NCBI GenBank assembly: GCA_965197925.1
Contig: CBDAOC010000020.1
Coordinates: 672,001 to 736,000 of the forward strand
Direction of reading: 5' to 3'
DNA: 64,000 nt
Origin: Nitrososphaerales archaeon
Lineage (GTDB): Archaea; Thermoproteota; Nitrososphaeria; Nitrososphaerales; UBA213
The notes under the pieces are model-generated. The model worked only from the letters and a program-made list of their open reading frames with translations, had not been told where the DNA came from and did no database searches. This document shows, piece by piece, positions 27,296-38,669 of this stretch (the stretch's first letter is position 1; each line of letters begins with the position of its first letter). The position numbers and the translations under genes were made by a program.

Positions 27296-29020
27296 GTGGG
27301 CTATCCTAAAGTAGTTTTAACAGCAGATAGAACTCTAATGTCTCCCTATAGAGGTATCTCTCTAGGTTCATTCTTTGGCTGCGCTCCAGCTATAGATAAT
27401 AAACGTGATTCTGGTTTCTGGTATTGGATTCTTAGGAATCAGGTTACTCCGAAGATACTCTTCGATTTTATCTGCAACCCAATAGGTAATAATATGGGAG
27501 TAGCGTCGTACGCTCCATACGGTCTTAGAAAGATAGAGGCCGGTTTGATCAGAGATGGGTATAGAAAAGAAGATGTTATAATAGCCCATCCTGATCATGT
27601 TGACAAATTCATAGGCCCAGAAACGCAAGTGGTTGGAACTTATGAAATGGATCCGTTGGGAATGGGTCCCGTTACTATGACGTTTACTCGAGGGAGAAGG
27701 CAGACTTCGTATGATGAATACTATTGTTCCCAGTTGCATAAGAAGATAAATGAAGCGAAGGCAAGAACGGGAAGCAAGGCAAAGGTAATAGCAGGTGCAT
27801 CTGGTACATGGCAGTACAACTACGATCCAAAAAAAATTGAAGAGTATGGTCTTTATGCAGTAGTGGAAGGAGATATGGGTGGTATTGCTCCTGAATTGGA
27901 TGGTGTAGCCGGGAGGTTTTTTGACAGTGTAATAAATGGAGAACTGGATGAGGCAAATCCGTTTAAGAAGAGCGAATTTAAGGTGGAGATAAAGGAGTTT
28001 AATGGTAATGGAAATGGTAGGAAGCATTATGGCAGATTCGTTCATTATCAGAATGAGCCCCAAATTGACGAAATTCCGAACATAATTGGACCCAGCATGC
28101 ATGGAATGGTAGAGGTTATGCGAGGATGTGGGCGTGGATGCAAGTTCTGTGATGTTACATTAAGACCTTTACGATATTATCCTGTCGAAAAGGTGCAACA
28201 GGAGATCATGGTGAACATGAAGGCTGGTCATAGAAATGCATGGATTCAAAGTGATGATATTTTCGTTTATGGCCTTAACCCTAGAACTACAAAGAATATG
28301 GAACCCAACAGGGATGCGTTGATAGAATTGTTCCGTGGAATAATGGATGCTGGTGTTGAGCATACAAATCCAACCCATGGGACTCTTGCAGGTGCAATTG
28401 CAGACGATGAACTCATTCCAAGGTTATCAGAAATCATCAAGGCTGGTCCTAGCAATCACATAGGTATACAGTGTGGTTTCGAGACTGGTAGCATCAGGCT
28501 TATAGGAAAATATGCAGATAGAAAACTTGCGCCATACAAACCCGAAGAGTGGCATTGGGTCGTTAAGACTGCTGTCGAAGTATTGAATAGACACTATTGG
28601 GTACCTGCTTTTACGCTTATTCTTGGTTTAGACAATGACGAACAAGAAGAGGATAGTTGGGAGACCGTTAGGTTGATCAACGAATTGGAAAGGGAACAAC
28701 CCGATTCAATGTTTACTGTAACTCCTTTGACATTCGTTCCAATTGGGTTGCTTGACAAATCATCTTTTTATGATATAGGAAGCTCGATGGATCCCGGTAA
28801 GCTTGCAGTGATGTATAAAACATGGCAACACAATTTCAAATATGGTATAACTAAATTCATGCATAAAGTAGGACAGAACGACCCCTTGCGAAGATACTTC
28901 TTTACAGGACTAGCAAGAACGTTGGGCGCGGTTCCATTAAGAGGGATGGAGAGTTATGCTAGAAAAAAGGGAGCCGCCCATGAAAAGGCTATAGAGAGTG
29001 TGAAGGCAAAGTATTGGTGA
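27296..29020 (+). CDS. Radical SAM protein, possibly of the GDGT ring-synthase (Grs)-like family
   Basis: CGRGCKFC motif; N-terminal VVLTADRTLM and APYGLRKIEA motifs. Confidence 0.75.
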   Translation: MGYPKVVLTADRTLMSPYRGISLGSFFGCAPAIDNKRDSGFWYWILRNQVTPKILFDFICNPIGNNMGVASYAPYGLRKIEAGLIRDGYRKEDVIIAHPDHVDKFIGPETQVVGTYEMDPLGMGPVTMTFTRGRRQTSYDEYYCSQLHKKINEAKARTGSKAKVIAGASGTWQYNYDPKKIEEYGLYAVVEGDMGGIAPELDGVAGRFFDSVINGELDEANPFKKSEFKVEIKEFNGNGNGRKHYGRFVHYQNEPQIDEIPNIIGPSMHGMVEVMRGCGRGCKFCDVTLRPLRYYPVEKVQQEIMVNMKAGHRNAWIQSDDIFVYGLNPRTTKNMEPNRDALIELFRGIMDAGVEHTNPTHGTLAGAIADDELIPRLSEIIKAGPSNHIGIQCGFETGSIRLIGKYADRKLAPYKPEEWHWVVKTAVEVLNRHYWVPAFTLILGLDNDEQEEDSWETVRLINELEREQPDSMFTVTPLTFVPIGLLDKSSFYDIGSSMDPGKLAVMYKTWQHNFKYGITKFMHKVGQNDPLRRYFFTGLARTLGAVPLRGMESYARKKGAAHEKAIESVKAKYW

Positions 29021-29482
29021 AGGTTGAAAATACTGCATAATTTGGCAGAACAGTAGTATGTTTTGGCATAGTGGGTTTAGTGAATCTAAATTGCATTTCT
29101 TATGCTTATTTTGTATTGCTCTGAATTCCTTATGGTTAACCAGTTAAAATATCTTGTTTTTCAACATAATAATTTACAGCTAGGGAATGTCCGAAAAAAT
29201 ATCTAGTTAAGAACCTAATTGCTATTCGTTGACTGAATAATAGAACAACTATCTTTAGTGAATTTGATTTTGTTATCTTCCTTATTGGTTCAATTGCAAA
29301 AATGTTGAATAAGAGTGTTGCAATAAGCTTGGTGAATTTGTCCTTGTATCCGATCAACATTCTAACAATGGTATATTTCTAGTACTTTCCCCGAAAAGCA
29401 TCTGCATAATATCATATTTTATTCGTAAAAATATGTATGAAAAGAGGAAAAAATATATGTTGTACATAAGTTATGTTAAGAC

Positions 29483-29656
29483 ATGCCAACGCATGGATCC
29501 TTAACTAAGGCGGGAAAGGTTAGAAGCCAGACACCGAAACTTCAGCATACGGAAAGAACTAGCCATAATCCCAAGATCAATAACAGACTCAATTTCAGGA
29601 AACGATTTGAATTAAAGAGAAAGCCTGGACAGAAATGGGCAAGCACGAGGAGATAA
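29483..29656 (+). CDS. rps30e: 30S ribosomal protein S30e (not in the ORF track)
   Basis: Own translation MPTHGSLTKAGKVRSQTPKL... (57 aa). Confidence 0.95.
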   Translation: MPTHGSLTKAGKVRSQTPKLQHTERTSHNPKINNRLNFRKRFELKRKPGQKWASTRR

Positions 29657-29662
29657 TGTCAC

Positions 29663-31615
29663 TTATACTTTTTGTATATAATTTCTAAACTTTGAAAATA
29701 CAATGAACAATGAAACCGTAGTTATCATTACAAACATGCTTATAGGAAATTCCGGAACTATGAAGTATGAATCGGTTGTAATGTCATCATAAATAAATAC
29801 AACACTTGTGATTCGGCTTGGAATGGTGAACTGTATTTCACCAGTAACGGCCTGACCTGGATCCAATTTTCCGTTAAATGATTTTGATGCATCTGGTAAG
29901 AATAAGTTTCCATCTCTATCTTTCACATATGCATATGCTTGATCATACATAATTTCGGTGCCTACTCTATTCTTTAGGGTTAGTTGTATCACATATTTCT
30001 GTGGATCTGATTCCAGAAATCTTTCGTTGAGTATAGTCATTTCCAGTTTTTTCCCTATGAGCTTTTTACCTATATTAGAACCAGGTGTAAACAATGTATC
30101 AGGTTCCGCATCAGGTGGGGTCTTTGTGACTGTTAGGTTAATAATTAGTTCCCTGCCCCTTACATCCTCGTAAATCAAGTGCTTTGCAGAAATGTCAGTG
30201 TCGGATTGGAAGAATAATTTGCCTCTTAATGAATCACCGTTAGCAACTCTGACATTTTTTAGTGTACTCTTTTCAGAATCAGCTTCATATTCATTCCCAT
30301 CTATGTCCTTGAGTTTAAATGAAAGTAGATCAAAGTTTTTTGGTTGCAAATCGGTGTTTGTCAAGATAATTTCTATACTAATCTCTTTCAAGGTCTTTGA
30401 AGATGGTATGTTTGTTGATACTACGTATAGTTCAGTTCCTCTATAACCTACAAGTTCATTCATGCTACCACTTGCCGGTATCCCGTAATCTTGTAATTCC
30501 AGAGGTTTGCCTAATGAGTAAAGTTTACCATCAACTGAACCAACGTATATGGTACCTTGAGAATCTATTGCTGGTGAAGAAAATATTTTTTCGTCGGTTT
30601 TGAAGTGCCACTTTTCTGTACCGTTAGGGTTGATCGCGTAAATAATAGAATCAACTGAACCAACATAGATTGTACCCTCAGAATCTATGGCCGGTGAAGA
30701 GACCACAAAATCATCGGTTTTGAAGTGCCACTTTTCTGTACCGTTAGGGTTGATCGCGTAAAGATTGTTGTCGAAAGAACCTACGTATATTGTGCCGTCC
30801 GGGGCAATGGAAGGCGAACCCTGTACAACGCCTCCCGTAGTAAAGTTCCATTTTTGAATACCGTTAGGGTTGATCGCGTAAAGGTGTTTATCATATGATC
30901 CAACATAAACTGTACCATCAGGTCCTATTGCTGGAGATGAAAAGATAAAATCGTCGGTTTTGAAGTGCCACTTTTCTGTACCGTTAGGGTTGATCGCGTA
31001 AAGATTGTTGTCGAAAGAACCTACGTATATTGTGCCGTCCGGGGCAATGGAAGGTGTTGAAAATATCCGATCAGGAATATTGAAAACCCATTTCAGAGTT
31101 CCATTAGGATAAAGGGAGATCAAAAATCCATTATCAGACCCAATGTATATCGTACCCTCAGGCGTAATAGTTGGTGAAGATGAAATTCGATCCAAAGTGG
31201 GGTATCTCCATTTGCCTTTTCCCGATGAAGAAATTGCATATATGTTCTTATCCCATGAGCCAAAGTAAATAGTACCATCAGATGCGATCGCCGGTGTTGA
31301 GTCAATTCTCATAGTAGCATTGAATCTCCACTTTTCTGTACCGTTAGGGTTGATCGCGTAGAGAAAAGAATCATGGGAACCTATGTATACTGTACCATCG
31401 GAATCTATCACAGGAGAACCCTGTATTCTGTCGCCGGTGGGAAATTTCCATCGTAATGTATTTTCATCGCTTCCTTTGAATGATCCATGACCGCTATGCT
31501 CTGGATCATGTTTGAACATGGGCCATACTATATTATCAATTGCGTAAACTTTTGATGAACTGTATATGGAGAGTATTAAGATTGCTAATAGCAACAATTT
31601 CATTATGTTGTTCAT
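29663..31615 (-). CDS. Secreted PQQ-type beta-propeller repeat protein with two Ig-like (DUF4352-like) domains and a PEF-CTERM anchor
   Basis: Signal peptide; 40-aa repeats SPAI..DGTIYVGS.D..LYAINPNGTEKW; C-terminal VPEFP followed by a TM helix. Confidence 0.88.
   Translation of the reverse strand: MNNIMKLLLLAILILSIYSSSKVYAIDNIVWPMFKHDPEHSGHGSFKGSDENTLRWKFPTGDRIQGSPVIDSDGTVYIGSHDSFLYAINPNGTEKWRFNATMRIDSTPAIASDGTIYFGSWDKNIYAISSSGKGKWRYPTLDRISSSPTITPEGTIYIGSDNGFLISLYPNGTLKWVFNIPDRIFSTPSIAPDGTIYVGSFDNNLYAINPNGTEKWHFKTDDFIFSSPAIGPDGTVYVGSYDKHLYAINPNGIQKWNFTTGGVVQGSPSIAPDGTIYVGSFDNNLYAINPNGTEKWHFKTDDFVVSSPAIDSEGTIYVGSVDSIIYAINPNGTEKWHFKTDEKIFSSPAIDSQGTIYVGSVDGKLYSLGKPLELQDYGIPASGSMNELVGYRGTELYVVSTNIPSSKTLKEISIEIILTNTDLQPKNFDLLSFKLKDIDGNEYEADSEKSTLKNVRVANGDSLRGKLFFQSDTDISAKHLIYEDVRGRELIINLTVTKTPPDAEPDTLFTPGSNIGKKLIGKKLEMTILNERFLESDPQKYVIQLTLKNRVGTEIMYDQAYAYVKDRDGNLFLPDASKSFNGKLDPGQAVTGEIQFTIPSRITSVVFIYDDITTDSYFIVPEFPISMFVMITTVSLFIVFSKFRNYIQKV
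30591..31054. repeat. Near-identical intragenic DNA repeats with 120/240-nt period
   Basis: About 100 nt at 30714-30814 is identical to 30954-31054; the core ccgttagggttgatcgcgta recurs at 30621, 30741, 30861, 30981 and 31341. Confidence 0.9.
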
Positions 31616-31664
31616 AGTTGCCTTGCTGCCAATGTTATAAACTTTCCAATCATTATATTTAATT

Positions 31665-32748
31665 GAGGCATGGACATAATTTCATAACAAAAATAACTTG
31701 ATGCCTCTGATTGATTAACTTCCCAACATGTGCTTCAATGCCCTTAATGGTCTTCCTGTCAAGTAGTTGTAGTATACCATCAGCTGGTATAGCAATATAG
31801 AAATCAGAACGATGCTCCTAGCTTTATCAAATCCTCTAACTGGCAATGGATCTAGGTAAATACATCCTTCATATGCTCTATCAATGGCTCAACGCTTATG
31901 CTTCTTTGCGAATATACACGCTGCTCAAATTCCGATTGATAGAACTGTAATAATGCTAGCCTATCATGCTTTGTATGCTTGTAACTTCTTTCTATAGGGA
32001 ATACGAGAAGGAACCCTGTACTTGCTGAACTGATATAATTCATAGTTATCATATCCCTCATCTGCAGCAACGTACCTAATTCCTTCTGCCAATGGATGCT
32101 GTTATACTCTGATAGATATTATCATCACGAATATTGGCAGTAGTGAGTTCAGCAGATAATGGTACAATCGATGAACCTCCACTAGATGTCATATACAGCT
32201 TGTATCCAAATATCCATCCCTTGGTTTTGCCGTAGCCCCATCTTGCATCTATATCTATTCCAGTGTAAGGAATAATATTCTTTATCATGCTTGATTTGTG
32301 CCATACACATTCTTTTTTCAATATACAACTATCAGCAGATACAATGAATGGATCTACCAATTCTTCCCTCACAAACATAACCATTACATCTATTCTTGAC
32401 TTTATGTCATACGATATGGTCTTGTTCCTTCTGTAGAATATTCTTCTATCTGGCAACCTATCAAGATCACCTGATTGCATAACTCTCCTGTCGTATGCAA
32501 TATCTAACGAAGAATATTGATGTAATAGATTATTGCTAGGAAGTCTTAGCCACATTGTTACGATGAAGCACCTTAGCATTACTGTTAGTGAATAGTAGAA
32601 GGGTCTCCCTCTTCTTATTAGGTTTTGGCTGAGGAACCAAATCAATCAAAAATAATATACAAAGAAGTATGGAGTCTGAGCTAAACATATAAACAATAAA
32701 AACTAGAACCTGATCTTATCGTTTCGAACTAAATTACGCCCAAGCCTC
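31665..32748 (-). mobile_element. IS family A copy 2 (mosaic with a diverged interior)
   Basis: Same TIRs and end regions as the other copies; interior about 31940-32640 encodes a diverged paralogous transposase. Confidence 0.88.
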
Positions 32749-33631
32749 AATTAATCAGGGAATTGATATACAGTTTGGAAAAAAATTAAAGGATATTGAA
32801 ATTATCAATTCTCAAAAAGTGAAAGCTCATTTTGAGGATGATACCACAGCCGAGGGTAACCTTTTGATCGGATGTGATGGAATTAGTTCACGAACACGTA
32901 AGATCATAATTCCAGATGCGCCAAAGCCCCGATACGATGGTATAGTAGCCACCGGTGGAGTTTCCAGAGTTCCTATCGAACCTAGATCACCTAATTACTT
33001 CTATGCGAACTTTCTAAACGGTGCTACGGTTGCCCATCTTACATCAAAGGAAGGCGAAACATTTTGGTGGCTATCTCTAGCATACTCAAAAGAACCAACG
33101 AGAGAGGAGCTAAATTCCATTACAAGCGTTCAATGGAAACAAAAATTGCTTGATTTGTGTGACGGTGCTCCTTCTGTATACAAGAAAATCATTGAGGGAC
33201 ATGAAGGAAATTACCCGAAGATTCCACTATACGATATTGAATTTCTAGAAACTTGGCATAAAGGTCCAATCTGTTTACTTGGGGATGCTGCACATCCAAC
33301 ATCGCCACACGTTGGTCAGGGGGCTTCTATGGCTCTTGAGGATTCTATAACTCTTGCAAAGTGTTTGCGAGATATAGAAGACGCGCAGAAAGCTTTTGCA
33401 AAGTTTCAAAGCCTCCGGAAAGAACGAACAGAAAAAATGATAAAATTTTCACGGCAAAGTGGACAAAGTCTTCTCATGACCAATCCTATCAAAAAGTGGT
33501 TCAGAGATCGAATGCTCTCAATGTTTACAAAACCTTTTTTCTTAAAACATTCCATAAGTGGGGATAGATATAGCATAGATTTCTTTTTTGGATATAAAGT
33601 AGATTGGGATCAAAAGATATCTTTAAATTAA
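32749..33631 (+). pseudogene. FAD-dependent monooxygenase, 5'-truncated by the IS
   Basis: LLIGCDGISS and LLGDAAH..SPHVGQGA motifs present; the frame stays open back to the IS end but the N-terminal GxGxxG is missing. Confidence 0.85.
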
Positions 33632-33914
33632 ATTTGAGAATGAAGATAAGAACTAACAAAAAGTCATACTTTGAAACATTTAGCTTAAATTTCATACTAG
33701 AACAGGAGTTCCCTTATCCAATACAAACCACGTTATTTTACAGACCTAGAAAATAACGGGTCAAAACCCATGGTTGGTAAGAAGATGTAACTATATTAAG
33801 TGTCAAAATTTATTTTCATTTTATTAAATCTCGGCATTAGTATTGTAGCAAAAATAAGAGATACAGCGGTTGCAAAAATAGCTAAGAGGTACGATCTAAA
33901 AACGAACATGATTC

Positions 33915-34343
33915 TTATTCTATGCTTATTTCACTACCATAGACCTTCTTTGGCAATATTACTTCTAATACACCATTTGTGAATGAAGCCAGTGCCCTTG
34001 TAGGATCTACAGTGCTTGGTAATTTTATAGTCTTGCGATAGGTTTCAAACTCCATTTCTTTTTCTCTATGATGTAAAAGCCTAACACATTGATTCATTTT
34101 GGCCTTTATTGTTACGGTCTCTTCTGTGCTCTTAACGTCAATGTTTGCCTTCATAACACATGGTAAATCTACACTAACAATAATATCGTCAGGCGTTTCG
34201 GATATCTGGTCAAGGGGACGAAGCTCCTTGTGCTCAATATCGTAAAATTCCTCTTCGAACGAAGAAAGTTCTAACATACTACGCATCATATTCCTCATCC
34301 TTCTAATCTCATCAATAATTTCTTGGGTTTCATCTATATCCAT
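33915..34343 (-). CDS. Small heat-shock protein (Hsp20)
   Basis: Alpha-crystallin motifs DLPCV and A.FTNGVLEVILPK. Confidence 0.9.
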   Translation of the reverse strand: MDIDETQEIIDEIRRMRNMMRSMLELSSFEEEFYDIEHKELRPLDQISETPDDIIVSVDLPCVMKANIDVKSTEETVTIKAKMNQCVRLLHHREKEMEFETYRKTIKLPSTVDPTRALASFTNGVLEVILPKKVYGSEISIE

Positions 34344-34347
34344 AAAA

Positions 34348-34510
34348 TCACCTATAAATCGCAGGATGTGTACCTTCAATCTTTGTCTCCTTTAGGGTAC
34401 CTTCAGTCTGTCTCATAAGCTCTCTTGTTTTGATCCTTATCATTTCAGCCTCATCCTGTAATGGTTTCAGATTTACGTTTGTTTCTAGAATCTTATTCAC
34501 TATAGACAAT
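34348..34510 (-). pseudogene. C-terminal fragment of a probable PAC2-family proteasome assembly chaperone
   Basis: VNKILETNVNLKPLQDEAEMIR...PAIYR resembles PAC2 C-termini and abuts the IS end. Confidence 0.6.
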
Positions 34511-35388
34511 GAAGTCATCCCAATACTCTCCAATACATCATAATCGACGAAATGATAACAAATGCCAGATAGTTTTGTGCATTCTTCTCATATCTGATCC
34601 TGGTTCTGTGGAACCCATTCTTCAACCAGGCAAAGAATCTCTCCACAACATAGCGCGTCTTGCCGTATAGGTATTGTTCTGTATTATCATTTTGTTGTTG
34701 TGTCTTACTGTTTTTTCTGTAAGGCATGCAGTCAGAGATTTTTCTTTTGGTGAGGTATTTCCTGATGAATTCTGCATCATAGCCCTTGTCTGCTTGGCAC
34801 CGCGCAATTTTTCTGATAGATCTCTCATCCAGATATTGTGAGATGCCATCCATCACGTCTACAAATCTTGCAGAGTCATGCTGATTTGCAGGACATTACT
34901 ACTGAGACTGGCAGTCCGTTTTGTTCCACCGCAACGTGTATTTTTGTGCCTGAAATCCTGTTGAATCCGTTGTATCCTATGACGCTTCCCCTTTTTTGGC
35001 CGGAACTGATGACGAATCGACCGTTTTTTGCAGCTGCATCTTGCCTGATCTGTGGGCTGATTTGACTGCAGCGGAGAGGATATTCTTCCATATTCCACGT
35101 CGCTGCCAGTTCTGCAGTCTGCGGTGCGCAGTTGATTTGGAGCCGTACCTTTGTGACATCCCAGTCCACCTGCATCCTGTTATCCCGACAAACAGGATTC
35201 CGTTGACTGTCTTTCTGTCGTCTGCCCTTGGCCTTCCGGTTCTGGCTGGCTTGGGGAGATGCGGTGATATCATCTTCCATTGTTCACCTGTTATCTCCTG
35301 AAATTTCATGATCTGCTACGGGCAGCATTGCAAATAGATCCAAATGATCGTCAATTATTCACTAAATGATCAGTTTTGGGATCAGTTG
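34511..35388 (-). mobile_element. IS5-family (IS427-like) element C1, defective
   Basis: TIRs caactgatcccaaaact / agtattgggatgacttc; orfA (TGRPR.DDR..TGCRW) and orfB (ADKGYD, RYVVERFFAWLK) joined at an AAAAAAGGGG slippery site. Confidence 0.93.
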
Positions 35389-35625
35389 TTCAATATACTT
35401 CGGCAATCTTGGAATTATATTCATCTTGGATTCAGTGTTAATTACAATATTTGCGGAACCTGGAATGTGCTTCCTTTCATACCGTTCTTTTTTCCCCATA
35501 TCTAACACTATAATTGGTCCTCCACTGTCCAGTCTATGTTTCAATTCGTTCGCTGTGATAGCCATAGGATTACATTGTGGCTCGCACTCATTCGTACCCA
35601 TGGTTGTTGGTATGAGAAACTTCAT
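35389..35625 (-). pseudogene. Rhodanese-domain N-terminal fragment truncated by the IS
   Basis: ITANELK...IIVLD...YERKHIPGS runs into the TIR. Confidence 0.75.
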
Positions 35626-36180
35626 GCTATTTATATGATAAGAAATAGCAGTCTAACAAGGTGAGGGGTTTATGCTTGAAATTGGATTTGAGTATTTGAA
35701 TTTTCGCCTGTTACAGTTGGTAGTAAGGAGTAATCCGAGTTCTAGTTGGGAGGATTTTGTTTCGAATATAAAGTATCAATATAAGATAATATATGGAAAA
35801 TTAACAACTTATAAAATATGAGATCTTATTATTTTCTGTTTAAATATCTATAAACTAAGTATGACTTTTCTCAGTTTGAATAATACATTCTTCAGATGAT
35901 TAAATAAATCCTTATCTGTCTTGCATAATGGTAGCATCAATAAGTTTATTGATGGATTCCGTTTCGTCATGGATTTTCTTAGTACTTTACCCCTTTTATG
36001 ATATTTCGGAGTGTAATTTTTCCTGCTCAAAATTTTGGTTCGGATTGGAAAGAATTTGATTGAGTCAATCCGGACTTTGTCCTAGACAATCGAAGTAATT
36101 GAACCATGATGTAGGAAATTATATTAGGTTCACTAAAGTTAATAATTCTAGTGATTATTGTGCGCAATAAAGGAGAAGAA

Positions 36181-37695
36181 ATGGAGGCAAACCAAACCAA
36201 GCCCATTGGTGGCATAGCAAAAAAGAGAATTCATCCCAATCAAGCGGCTGTATGGGACAACCTACTCCTTAGTGTTGGTTTTAAGAGGAATCTGGTGAAG
36301 GTATTTTACTTCCTCTAAAAAACAAAGAAGAAGGTAGAGGAAAAATCGATCTGGCATTTCCTGATCCTCTGGTATACTCCATGATCCTCTTTGGACCCCC
36401 TGGAATAGGAAAAACGGTTATAGCAACAGCAATGGCGAATTATCTCGGTTGGCATTATTGTTACATCACTCCGGAGGATTTCACATTCAAAGATAAACTA
36501 TATCAATAGAGCTTTTAGGTTTATTTTGAATAATAATGGTAAAATTTGGAAACACCTAGAATACACAGTTCTTATCTTTGATTAAATAGAAGAGGTCGTT
36601 GGTCACAGAGGGAAAGAGGGTACTGACATTGCTCGTCGTTTGGCTACAACTAATATGCTAACTAAATTTGAGCAACTTCGGAAAGATGCAGAAAACAGAG
36701 AGATTCTTATTGTGGTATGTACTAACCATTTAGAAAATCTTGATCCTGCCTTCATAAGACGTGGAAGGTTTGATTGGTTGGTACCAGTAACTACCCCCGA
36801 CAGAAGAGCTCGTTATAAAATGTTCAGTATTGCTATGGAAGAAGAACCCAAAGTAATGTTACATCATGACCCTGAAAAGCATAAGGTAGTATTACATAGT
36901 TTGAGTAGAATTTCTCAAGGACTTACATATTCAGAGATTGTAGAGTTGTGTAAAAATGCTAAAGTTCAATTTGGAAAGGAAGCTTCATTGCGTGAGTTTG
37001 AAAGGGCAGTTCTTAAACTCACGGAGAAACCCGCAATAAATAGAAAAGATCTCGAGCTGGTTGAAGAAGAGTCAAGAACCTTCGCTAGAGGACATCCGTT
37101 TGAGTATCAGACAAATCTTAACAATGCAATAGATAATGAGTTTGGCAGAATTTTGGTATACGCAGAGTTGGAAGAGGTACCTGTTGGACCAGGAAGGGAT
37201 TGTGTGATCTATGTCAAGGTCGTGAATCTCACAGACTTCGAATTAGAAAATGTGGAGATGATTTATAGAAGCGAAGACCTTGATCCAAATTATAAGGGCA
37301 AAGGCCGTGAATCAACTTACGGGAAAACTATTTTCAATAACATAGAGACATGTTACGGCAGGATCAGTTTCAAGGAAAATAAAATTCAGCCTAATGATGA
37401 TAGAGATTATACACTCTACCACAGGCTCAAGAATTATTATATGTTAAATAAAAAAGAAAGAGAATATATCAGACTATTGACTTACCTAAAGACGGATATT
37501 AGGGTAAAGCTATCTGATTCCCAATCATTAGGGCGGTATTTTATACGTCCAGGTTCCTTCATAGCAAAGGCAGTTCGAGTGCCGTCAGATGAAGAAAATC
37601 CTATTGTAATTTCTGGGTGGCAAAAAATACCTTCTTTTTACATTTACCTGATTTCCGCCATAGGAAAAAATATGAGACTGTACATAACATCCTAG
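36181..37695 (+). pseudogene. AAA+ ATPase with a long C-terminal extension, disrupted
   Basis: Walker A LFGPPGIGKT (about 36387-36416); Walker B VLIFD*IEE with TAA at 36583-36585; SRH TNHLENLDPAFIRRGRFD; frameshifts near 36300 and 36510. Confidence 0.85.
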
Positions 37696-38252
37696 GTGAA
37701 GCTGGCTTCAAGGATAGTGAATGTTTGGGGATGCAAAAAGATATTCTTGCAATGATTCACAAAGGAATTATTCCTAAAGAGATAGCGAAAACAATACAAA
37801 GCATTAGGGAATGATTTGTATGAACAGAAAATATCTTTAGGGAAATTTTTATTTTACTTTAGGTGAGAAAAATCAATAGTTCATTTACTTTCTCAGAAAG
37901 ATGGTAATTAGTGGGAGGTATTACTGAGTAATAAGTAAAATACGACCAAGTTATTTTTCAAAATCTTTGGATAATAATCAATGAATTTATTTTGCCTATA
38001 CATGGGCAAGTCATGTTAAATTACTACAGGGTTTAAGAAAAATAGTACATAATGGGCTAAGAAGAGGAATGATTGAAATATTTGTCAAACCGGAGAACAG
38101 AAGGAAAATTGTTAGTCTTGGCAAGACATGGTAATGGTCAATACTTTGGATGTTTCGTAGATAAAATAATTTCTCGTCTCTTCACATATTATTAAAAGCC
38201 ACACAAGGTAGGAATAACATGAAAAAAATGACAAGGAAATCTGTTAATGTTG

Positions 38253-38669
38253 TTATAACATTTGACGTGCGGTTTTCAGATGCATTCTTGCTTCTCTCAG
38301 ATCCTTAAGAGCGGGCCTGTAATCACCTTCATCGATATTATTCTGTGCTAAATCAAGGAAACCCTGAGCAGCTTCCACTTCCGCTTGCGCATCTGTATTT
38401 CCTTCTGTGTCTACTTTGTCTTGTACCCTATCTGATATTTTTTCCATTACAGTTAATATTCTTTGAATTCTATGTATTTTTCTATCTCTAGCAGTGTCTT
38501 TCCTTTCTTCTCTCTCATCCTTAGCAGTGTCTTTCCTTTCTTCCTCTTCTTCTTGTCCCATTGCTGGGTTTACAGCAAATGACGTTGTAAGAAGAATAAC
38601 CATCAAAGACCCTGCAAGTAACATCATCGATTTCTTCATATGATGAATGTTATAGCTGTGAGATTTCAA
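38253..38669 (-). CDS. Secreted helical hypothetical protein
   Basis: Signal peptide; EERKDTA occurs twice (DNA repeat with 33-nt period). Confidence 0.7.
   Translation of the reverse strand: MKSHSYNIHHMKKSMMLLAGSLMVILLTTSFAVNPAMGQEEEEERKDTAKDEREERKDTARDRKIHRIQRILTVMEKISDRVQDKVDTEGNTDAQAEVEAAQGFLDLAQNNIDEGDYRPALKDLREARMHLKTARQML

Noticed and set aside
30591..31360. CRISPR array or DGR template/variable repeats
   Set aside because: Repeats are in-frame protein blades; no adenine-specific variation pattern and no reverse transcriptase seen
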